This document shows positions 38,666-48,070 of a DNA stretch of 64,000 nucleotides, piece after piece (position 1 is the stretch's first letter; each line of letters opens with the position of its first letter). The notes beneath the pieces were generated by a model. The model made no database searches, was not told where the DNA came from, and was given only the letters and a program-made list of their open reading frames with translations. The DNA is taken from contig NW_008246072.1 in assembly GCF_000281045.1 (NCBI RefSeq), positions 761,232 through 825,231 on the forward strand, read 5' to 3'. The translations under genes were made by a program, and so were the position numbers. Origin of the DNA: Saprolegnia diclina VS20. Its lineage: Eukaryota.

Positions 38666-39392
38666 TTTTGCAGTCACTCCATGATTCGGCAGCAGCTGGT
38701 GCATTCGGCATACTGCGGGAGCTTTCGGCACATCACGGGCCAATTCGGCATATATGTGGTCCTGATCGTGGCATGTGCCATGTTGTTGTTGAAGTGGGTC
38801 AATGAGACGTGAGGCTCATGAAGTGGACGTTGTGTCTGTGAAAGGGACCGACTGTGTCATTAGTCGCTAAGCACAGAGGCCAAGAGGACCCGACAGAGGA
38901 GGGAGCCAAAAGCACGTGTGGATGTGGCATGTGCCGCAAGAAGAGACTGCTCATTGGTCGGATCGTGACATTGCGAACTTTCACGGGATGACCAGCTTGG
39001 CCATACAACCAGAGTCATTTGCATCTCCGCATGGACATATTGGCTGCCTTGTTCATCGAACGATACTCTAGTACATCAATACACAATCCTTGCGTGCAAA
39101 ACTGGTGGCCTAAAGGTTAGTAGCGCTAGTCGAAAACGAGATGCGACTACACTTGGAGCGCTTGAACCTACTCAACCATTATGCTACTCAACCGTTGCCA
39201 TTTGCGTCGCCTAGACCTTGGGAAGCTTGGTGGGCTTGGCCGACGATGGCGTCGCAAAGGCCGACACCCAGTGCGGCGGCTTACAGTTTGACCCACGTCC
39301 GGTCGGCAGGCGGAGCCATCGGGAGCTGTGGTGACCAAATTGGAGACTGACCGCGTCCACGTAGGAATTTTATTGCATACAAACCACAAGAA
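38666..39392 (+). repeat. dispersed element copy 1 with 4 phased (A/T)TTCGGCA motifs
   Basis: shares TTTTGCAGTCACTCCA, the motif array, GTGGCATGTGCCGCAAG..GCTCATTGG..GACATTGCGA and CAAATT.GAGACTGACC..AACCACAAGA with 58998-59890. Confidence 0.8.
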
Positions 39393-39879
39393 TATCGGAT
39401 AAAAATTCTGCGTGCTAGCGAAACCAACCGATGAGTGCCGCGTCCTCAGAGACAAGCAATATGAGTACGCTACCGGGCGCCGAGGAAGCGACCGTGCCCG
39501 TCGGCGATGATGGCCGTCAAGTAGTGCTGGCCACCGCGTGGGGTAGCAACCACCACCACCGCAGAGTGTGTCGACAAAGACGCATGTCAACCGTCCACAT
39601 ACCATGGCGCAGCTCTCATGTCGATTGCAGACAACGCCTCGCTCAAGAATGCCAGGTACGGAGCGTTCTTGATGCGACGCTCATTTGACCTGTAGAGCGG
39701 TATATGCTAAGTACTCTGTGGAAATATACGAGCGAAAGCGTCGCCGACCTCTTGGCGTCGACCACGCTTCTCTCGGTACACTTCTCACTGCATACGCCGA
39801 CTGCCCAAACAATACATAAACCGGTACATGGCGATCTGTGTTGTTATGACGATCTGCGTAGGGTACGCGGCAGACGCGG

Positions 39880-41058
39880 CAGCCAATGCCATTGTTGTGT
39901 ACTGTACGGTTTCGCGGCTGCCTCGCATCTCCCACGCGCTGTCGGCGATGCGAGGCGGCCGCCAAACGTGCCCGACCCGGACCTGCTTCTTGATTTCGTC
40001 GGGCGTGTCGTTGTCAACGTTGGAAAACGGTGGGTGGCCGACGAGAAGCCCGTATGCAAGGACACCCAGGGACCAGAGGTCCGTCTACGACCAACCATCG
40101 TCATAGCTATGGAAAATAATGTACATCGTTGTACCGTGGCGTCGTGGGGCTGACCAGCGGCAACTTTTGGAGACGTATAGTCGACCGTTCCCGCGGACCC
40201 GTGCTGCTGCTCGTCCTTTGTGTAGACGGAAAGACCGAAGTCTGCGACTTTGTAGCGACCCTAAGCAATGCCACGTATGCAATTAAGAAGGGCATGGAGC
40301 ACCGTATGTTCGTTTCGACGAGAAAGCTTTCGGCCTTGATGTCCCGGTGTGCGTAGCCGAGGGCGTGCATATGCGTAATACCACATGCCACGTCGCAGAC
40401 GCAGCGAGGAGCCTTGGCTTTAGGTAGCGGACCTTTGCGGAGCAAGTCGTAGACGGAGCCAAGCGAACTCGCTATCCATCGCGCCCTTGCCCACGAGAGA
40501 ATTGCATATCTCTTTGCGTCGCTCGAGAACGCTGGGAGCCCTATCCTCGTGATGGAGTACCTCCATCACGAGCAATATAGCGAAAACCCCAACGTGCTCG
40601 GCGATCAAGGATTCTCCTTTGCCAGTGGAGCAGGCCACTGCGTCGCTTGGCTTGACGATCGATTACCGGATCGGCGAAGGATCGTCAGGAACTGTCTACC
40701 TGGCCCATCACTCGGCGTCCGGCCACCAATTTGCCGTCAAGCAGATCGCAGAACCAGTCGAGCTGCCAGCCGCTGGTCGGCCCTTTTTCCAAGACTGTGC
40801 GCAGCGCGAACGAACAACGAATTCGCGCTGCACACAGTCTTGGAAAAAGGGCCGAACAGCGGCTGGCAGCTCGACTGGTTCTGCGATCTGCTTGACGGCA
40901 AATTGGTGGCCGGACGCCGAGTGATGGGCCAGGTAGACAGTTCCTGACGATCCTTCGCCTATCAGGTAATCGATTGTCAAGCAAGCGACGCGGTGGCCTG
41001 CTTCACTGGCAAAGGATAATCCTTGATCGCCGAGCACGTTGGGGTTTTCGCTATATTG
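39880..41058 (-). pseudogene. rearranged Aurora-like kinase pseudogene
   Basis: C-lobe (HRDIKAE, ADFG, GTVDYTSP) on minus at ~39.9-40.46 kb; subdomains III-V inverted on plus at ~40465-40565; N-lobe duplicated as an inverted repeat. Confidence 0.8.
40573..41058. repeat. long inverted repeat (arms 40573-40810 and 40822-41058, 11-nt spacer)
   Basis: arms are reverse complements with about 8 substitutions and 1 indel by manual comparison. Confidence 0.97.
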
Positions 41059-41389
41059 TTTGAGAACGATTCATTGAAGGCTGTAGGTACCTTGCACTTT
41101 TCGGGCCTTCTTCGGGGGAAACAGCGCCGCCAGCTCGTCCATCGCAGCGTCTTCTGATGACTTCTTGCGCTTGGTCGTGCGTGACGCGTCTGCCGCAGTT
41201 TGCAAAGTACACTAGGAACATCAAGAAAGAAGAGCTCGAGTAGTCAAGATAGATATTGCACCTTTCGCCCGATGGGCCGCAAGTTGACCACTGTCTTGAC
41301 CACGCCTTGCGCATTCGCACGTGTCTTGTACCGCATATACACATGCTACATATTGCATGCTCGCTGACGACGCCGTCGCTCGCCAATGT

Positions 41390-41600
41390 GCGTACCTTTT
41401 CGACCGCGTGCTCGATTTTGCGCACGAGGGCGTGCTTCGGCTCCAGTGAGAGCCCGAGCGCGCTCGCGAGACTTCTGATGTCCTTCAGGCTTAGGCCTCC
41501 GAAGGACGCGCCGTCGGTTGCAGCCTTGAGCTGGGCCCAGTGCTCGGGCGTGCCGGGCGCGCTGTCGAAGGCGTAGCCCTCGTGTGTGGCTGCTGCATGC
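41390..41600 (-). pseudogene. relic paralog of the 34397 gene N-terminus
   Basis: EHWAQLKAATDGASFGGLSLKDIRSLASALG vs ERWAQLEAMVGSNFAGMKSDVAALRHAATELG; nearest ATG is out of frame. Confidence 0.4.
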
Positions 41601-41658
41601 AACGCGGTTTGGCCTCAAATTTTTCTGCTCGATATCATTATGCGTCATTCCGGATAAA

Positions 41659-41745
41659 GATGCGGGGAGAATATCATATTGGGAGAATATGGGCACCATA
41701 TTCTCCCAATATGATATTCTCCCAATATGATATTCTCCCCGCATC
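41659..41745. repeat. 87-bp mini-foldback built from 16-bp GGGAGAATATCATATT units (MITE-like)
   Basis: GATGCGGGGAGAATATCATATTGGGAGAATATGG-gca-CCATATTCTCCCAATATGATATTCTCCCAATATGATATTCTCCCCGCATC. Confidence 0.9.
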
Positions 41746-41994
41746 ATGGGCGACAATGCGCCACACGCGGTCAACGTTTGCCTCGAGATGCACTGTGATC
41801 CGTCGTCGCGCGTCAACATCTTGAGCCAGATGCGGCTGCGTGAGCATCACGGTATTTTGGCGTCGCTCTCGGGGGACAATCTCGTCATCGCAGCACGGAT
41901 ATGAAGCTCGTCGTCCACTTCCGCGACGGGTTTTACCGCCTCCGTGTCGCACGTCGAGCCGGCCGAGCCCGTGCTTTTTACGGGCCTCGAGGTT

Positions 41995-43410
41995 CAGTGC
42001 GCGACGGACTGATAGGCCACCCCGTCTCAGTGGGCCAACTGCATAGTGCACACTACTTCAAGGCACAACAAGGCTTTCCAGAGGTTGCAGACATCGTAAA
42101 TGTTTCTATCCTCGTCCGGTTTTGCATTTGGAGTTGTGTAGCTCGAGAAATGGCGAAAAAACACAATCTAGGCATCGTTCAGCAACCTTCTCCGAACACG
42201 ATTTCTCTATCCAAAAAACGCAATCTGGGGGTGTCGGAAAGATAAGCCACTTGTCGTTATTGGGCGCCCACGTGGACAATCGCGTGTCTTAATACTTCGT
42301 CTTCTTACCATTTCTTTGGATGACTTGTAAGCAGCGGTGGGGCATGCTCGTGATGAGGTTGTCGATGACTTGGCTGATTTCGAGCCAGGCGGTATGGATC
42401 GCGGAAATGAGGCTTTCGCGGTCCAAAAACTGACGTCGGTTGGCGTAAACTTGTCGGGCTAGGATGGCCCAGAGGTTCTCGATCGGGTTGGGGTCAGGAG
42501 AGCGCGCTGGCCACGGCAAAACATCGATGTCGACAAACCACCCGCGAGTCTCGCGGGTGCAGTGGATCGACGCGTTGTCTTGCTGAAAAGTGAAGTCGAG
42601 ACCGTGATGCTCGTGCGCAAACGGCAGCATGTAGTCCGAGAGCGTGCACGTGTACGCGTACCTGTCTTGCTTGCCCTCGAGAGTGCGAAGCTCGAAGGGA
42701 CCAGAGGCCGAGAAGGCACCCCAAACCATGACAGCCACCGTCAAATTGGCGTCGCGAGAACCACTGCTTCTCGTGATCCAAGTGGTGCCAGTAGCACTGC
42801 CAGCCGGTAGGACCATCGAGATTGAACTTCTTCTCGTCGGAGAAGATGACATTGGACCAATCTTGGCCCCCGACGACCGCCTCGAAGGCAAACCGAAGTC
42901 GGGCTTCCACATGAGCTTTCGTGAGCCGAGTCGCTTCTTGAAAATGAACTTGGGATGACCTTGGATCAGCCGCTGAACTTGCCGGACCCCAATGGGGAGG
43001 TAGGGAGGTCGTGAGCTGGAGGGCGGACATGCGCAGCTTCACGTTGAGGGGCCCGGAAGCCGGTCGGTGACATTCTTGGGTGGCCGTCCGGGCGACTTTG
43101 CAGTGCCGTACTTGTCCTTCTTGGCAAGGCAGTTGCGCACAACCGTGCGGGAGCGACCAATTTCCTTCCCGATGGCACCATTCAGCGGTGAGGAGCGCGA
43201 GGATTTGGGCCTGCTTGACCTCGGTCACGCTCGTGCCTTTGCCCATCGCGCAGCGGGAGAACGAGGTCGTAAGTGGGCTTGGTGGTCTCGCACGGTTCCT
43301 GCTGTGCTTATGCAGGCAGAGGAACAAAGGAATATGACCCACGAGGCAACCAGACAAGCAAAATGCCACGAAATCATCAAGTGGCCTATCATTCGTACGC
43401 CCCTGATTTT
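41995..43410 (-). mobile_element. Tc1/mariner (Tc3-like) DNA transposon with frameshifted transposase 42289-43246
   Basis: MGKG start, VIFSDEKKFNLDGP, VMVWGAFS, FQQDNASIH and WPARSPDPNPIENLW; GATA(A/G)GCCAC motifs in the flanks. Confidence 0.9.
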
Positions 43411-43509
43411 GGACTTAGATGGGTTTCGACCAACTCAGAAGGCAGATCACCATGGGACTTCTTTAACGTTTCAAACCATTCGCTGCCTTTTGGTCGGCGC
43501 AACCCGCGT

Positions 43510-44545
43510 TACTGGCAACGTTCGCGAAACGTTAGATACGGCCGTGACGGGGGTAGCAAGACGCCGTTCCAAGCGCTCATGGGCAAGGCGCCTGACGTGA
43601 CGCACTTGCGTCCTTTCGGGTGCGTCATGACCATGTTCCTTGGGCCGCACCGTCGTGCCTCGAAGATCGCGCGACGCGCGCAATTGTGCATCTTCCTCGG
43701 CTACGATCAAGAAAATCGTGGCTACCGGCCCCTCAACCTTCGGACCGGCAAGCTTTGAGAAGGTGCGCTACGACAACGTGTGCGTCTCCGAGGACCAGAC
43801 GGTCGAAGGCGCATACGTCAAGAAGGTCCTCCTACGCGCCGCCAACCCCGATGTTGGTGGCATCTCGTCTTTGGTCCCGTTTTGTACACTGCCGGTCATG
43901 GAGATGCCGGAGACGTACGTGCCGCTGGTCGACTCGGCCCGACCCGCCGCTGCGCCGACCAACTCGCGCGGCGACGATTCGATGGTCGATGCGAGTCCAT
44001 CGCTGGACGACGCCTGTGCTGCTACAGTGGCGTCTGGTAACCGACGTCGCATTGTGTACCGCGAAGACGGGGAGGACGCGCCCTGTGGGAGGACGCAAGC
44101 GCCGCCGTCGCGGCAGCATGCGTCCCAAGCTCACGTTCCCGGTGGCGCCGGCCAAGCGCCCGCGCAAAAACACGCGCCCGCAGCGCTAGGAAGAGGCGCA
44201 TCGTGCTCCAACCCGGTTCGTGCTTCTTACGGACGACGACGAGAAAGAGTTTGACGTGCCGCAGTCGTACAAGCAAGCCCTCGCGTCGCCCGAGGCCGAC
44301 AAGTGGCGTAAGGCGATGCTCGAAGAGTACAAGTCGCACATGACCAACCGTACGCGGCGCCTTGTGTCGCTCCAGTGGGACGCAAGGTGCTCAACTGTCG
44401 CTGGCTAATCAATCTCAAGGTCGATCGCGACGGCAACCTGCGCTCCAAGGGCCGTCTCGTGATCAAGGGCTTCGAGCAGATCTTTGGCCTCGACTACGAC
44501 GAGACGTACGCGTCGGTCATCCGCTTTGAGCGCGCCATCCTGCTC
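43510..44545 (+). mobile_element. Ty1/Copia retrotransposon pol fragment (integrase C-terminus to RT N-terminus), degenerate
   Basis: TPFQALMGKAPDVTHLRPFGC..CIFLGYD..GYR; PQSYKQAL..WRKAMLEEYKS; CRW..K..KGRLVIKGFEQIFGLDYDETYA; frameshifts. Confidence 0.9.
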
Positions 44546-45336
44546 TATCGACTCGTCGTTGCGCCAGACCCTACGCGACGTCAAGTTCGAGATGCTACTT
44601 GTGCTGGCCTTCAACGAGGAGCTCGTTCGATCTGAGACCGACGACCCGCACGCCGACCGATGCCCTCGAGTCGACTCCGTCTACTTCGCAAGCTGCCACA
44701 ACGTTAATCAATCTTTTCGATCTCTACGCCAGCAACGATGAGACCGAGTTGGGCATCACCATCGCTGGAACACTTGGGTCTGCAGCGGCGGCCAACAAGC
44801 GCAAGCATTGTGACTACTGTAGATGGGAGGCGCTACGGAAGAGCTGTAAACGCACCCACCGAGCTCCGAGTTCGGTCCTACATGGCGTTGATTGGCGCGA
44901 ACGTGGCGGGCTCGGAATCGTGAAATATCGGATTTAAATTCGACAAAGGATTTGTATGGGATGCCACGAGTTTTGCAATACATGCTGGCAAGTGCAGACG
45001 GGTAGGGTATTCTCTTGTGGTTTGTAAGAAATACAATTGGCATGCGGAACGTATCTTGGACGGCTGACGAGTGGTTGACCAGTTTTGTCGAGGCCAATGG
45101 CCGCATGTCCGGCTACGTGGCCGCCGCCAAATGCCGCCTCAGCTTGTGGCAGGTCGCCCAGTGCGCGACCGGCGCCGGTCTCGATCACACGTGCATCAAC
45201 AACCATCGCCACCTCCTCGAAGCCTCGTTTCTCGCAGGTGTCGACATGGACGCGAAGCGTCTTCGATACGTTTGAAGTCAGCGACAAGCCCGTCTGGCAG
45301 CAGTGCTATGGTCTCGTGCGCAACAAAATGGACGCG

Positions 45337-46091
45337 CACGGAAGAGAAGCGCGAGTACGAAAACAAGGTGCTCGAACTCACCAACAAGCTNNNNNNNNNN
45401 NNNNNNNNNNNNNNNNNNNNNNNNNNNNNNNNNNNNNNNNNNNNNNNNNNNNNNNNNNNNNNNNNNNNNNNNNNNNNNNNNNNNNNNNNNNNNNNNNNNN
45501 NNNNNNNNNNNNNNNNNNNNNNNNNNNNNNNNNNNNNNNNNNNNNNNNNNNNNNNNNNNNNNNNNNNNNNNNNNNNNNNNNNNNNNNNNNNNNNNNNNNN
45601 NNNNNNNNNNNNNNNNNNNNNNNNNNNNNNNNNNNNNNNNNNNNNNNNNNGAAGCGCGAGTACGAAAACAAGGTGCTCGAACTCACCAACAAGCTCGAGG
45701 TCGACCTGAAGTGAAATGTATCAAGGTTTCAACCGGAAGGATCGTGCGTAGGTCATTGAGAAGCGAAGCAGCGAGCGACGCGCGCTCCAGGAGAAGCGCT
45801 ACAAAGAAGAGATCGAGTTCCTCAAGTACCAAGGCCAGCACCTCGACGCCTTCCTCAAGTCGGCCGGGGGTGGCGCCAGCAAATAGCAATAATGATTACG
45901 CATCAAAGTTGTCGAGCTGCACCTCGGCGTGCGCGTACGAGGAAGCGACGACCTTGCCGTTGATCAAAAAGAGGTGTGGCTCAGCGACGTGGACGCAGTG
46001 GTAGCTAATGGTCTATCCGTGTACACATACCATTATTGTCGTATTCTCCATCACCTGTCGTCGCCAATGGTGAGGACTAGGGGTCTGTACC
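45337..46091. repeat. inverted duplication copy B (orphan DNALI1 3' exons on plus + functional TTC5 last exon on minus); contains N gap
   Basis: reverse complement of 37272-37722. Confidence 0.9.
45391..45650. other. assembly gap, probably a false gap
   Basis: the ~43 nt before the gap are repeated directly after it. Confidence 0.9.
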
Positions 46092-47696
46092 GTGCTATTG
46101 TAGGCGAGCGACATGACTCTCAGGCACGGGTCGAGTACATAGACCGTGTCGTCGTCCGTGATCTTGACGCTGGCTTCGCTGTCGAGATGGTAGACCGACA
46201 CGGCGCAGGACGTCTCGGCACTGTCCATCATGATGAAGCAACTACCACCAGATTAGAATCAGCAGCGAGGACGGTCGAAATACCCGGGCGGCTCGTGGTT
46301 ACGGGGCACGTCTGCCAGCAGCTTGAGCGCGATGACAACACCTTCGTTCAGGCCAAGCCTACAACATACAAGTATGAAACAGCCCATGGCGAGCAAAAAG
46401 CAACGTACTGGAGGGACGCGATCGGGCAGGGCGACCGGCCTTGAATGTCGACTGGTGGCGGGACGTTCCCGGCAAGCTGACTAAGTTTCTTGGGCGACAG
46501 ACGAGCCTAGCACCAACATGTGGCGTCGACCGTCGGAAGAGCGTGGTGTACCTTGCGCAGCACGAGCCCGGACACGTGCTTGGTGTACTGGACGATGGCT
46601 TCCACGAGGTCGATCGCTCGAAGCGACGGGTCCAACTCGTGCGCCCGCAGATAGCTCGCGACGGCTTCGGCGTAGTCTTCCTTGTACCGTTGGACCTACG
46701 TCGGTGCGACTTGAAACATTGAAACTTTTTCGTGGAGCATTGTACATTGGCGCGGTTGAAGTGCAAGTCGGGGTTTTGCCCCGCGCCAGCCTTTTCCTAA
46801 GCGACAACTCAAGACGGCGTTCGACATGCAAGACATTTACAGCGCGGGTGTACGCGGCCAGCGACCGGTCGAGGTCGACCGTGCTGTGCGAGTCGCCAAA
46901 GAAGAGCGCGAGGTACGCATTCCCGAGCACGTCTACGCTTTCTTCTAAGCGACAACTTTAGTCGTAACTACGTACACCACGACTCGCCGTCGGTCAAGTC
47001 CAAGCTCACGGCTTGCTTGGCGCGCTGGAGGCTGGCCTATCGGCGGCGTCTCGCTTCGATAAGCAGACAATAGCGTACCCGAACGTGGTCGGCCTTGTCT
47101 TCAGGCTTGGTCCCAAGCTTGCGCAGTACCATTGAGAGACTGCGCAGCGCGTGCTTGCTCGAGCCGTACTCGAGGCAGTTCTCAAAGCAGTTTTTCGCTA
47201 CGAGCAAGTCGCCTTTCTTCCAGAAGCAGTTGCCGAGCGCAACCCACGCGTCCAGGTTGCACGGATCGAGCTTCGCCTACGCAGCCAGACTGCGATGATG
47301 GACGAGCAACACGAAGACGTGTACGGCCTGCGAGAGCAGCTGCTCGGCCGTCGCGTCGTAGGACGGGAACGCATCCAGCGCCTTGCCCTTGAGGTAAAAC
47401 ACGGTCGCGCGGAGCTGCCGGTACTCCTCTACGCATGGATGTGATGCGAATGGGGACGTCTATGATACAAAGAGGAGGCCATACGCAGCGGAATGGCATC
47501 GACGAGTGCGACGACGTCGTCGGCAAGGGCTCGGAGCTTGCTCTACACGCCGCTGAAGCCTCATCGGGCGTGACGTGGAGCGCACCTGTTTCTCGGTCTT
47601 GTCGGCGCAGAAGAAGTGGTCGTGGACCTCGTAGAGCTCGGCGAGCTTGGCCTTGGCGGCTGCGACGGCCGCGTCGGCGTCGGTCGTTGCTGCCAT
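45896..47696 (-). CDS. TTC5: tetratricopeptide repeat protein 5 (TTC5/Strap), multi-exon
   Basis: LYEVHDHFF; KGKALDAFPSYDA..AVKLDP..AWVALGNCFWKKGDL; LGNAYLALFF; PDLHFNRA; last exon TISYHCVHVAEPHLFLINGK. Confidence 0.85.
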
Positions 47697-48070
47697 CACG
47701 ATCCTGCTGGCCTCACAAAATACACTGGATGCTTTTTGGCTAAACGCACCCAACTACAAACAGTGTTTTCACCAGCATTTTCGCAAAGATTTCATCGAGT
47801 GTCGGACTGCAGCACTCCATGGTCTGGTACACGCTACCCAGAGCCCATACCGCACGTCGACGTTGGGCCTCTCTCGCCAACGGGTGCGCCGGAGGCTGGG
47901 GAAAGACCGTCACCAACGGCCAAAGTTGCGTGTTATTAGCACCGTCGGGAACGTTCGGGCGGCATTCCATGGGCGATCGACGCGGTTGAAAATAACTTGG
48001 TGTTTGTATGCAATAGAATGCAAGGGCCGGCGGCTGCAGAAACACTGGATGGGGCAAAATCGATTTGGCG

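Noticed and set aside
44550..45336. Coding-like fragments after the Copia remnant
   Set aside because: No recognisable family or intact frame; left unannotated.
45347..45692. Apparent direct repeat on both sides of the N gap
   Set aside because: Most likely overlapping contig ends; copy A has the sequence only once.
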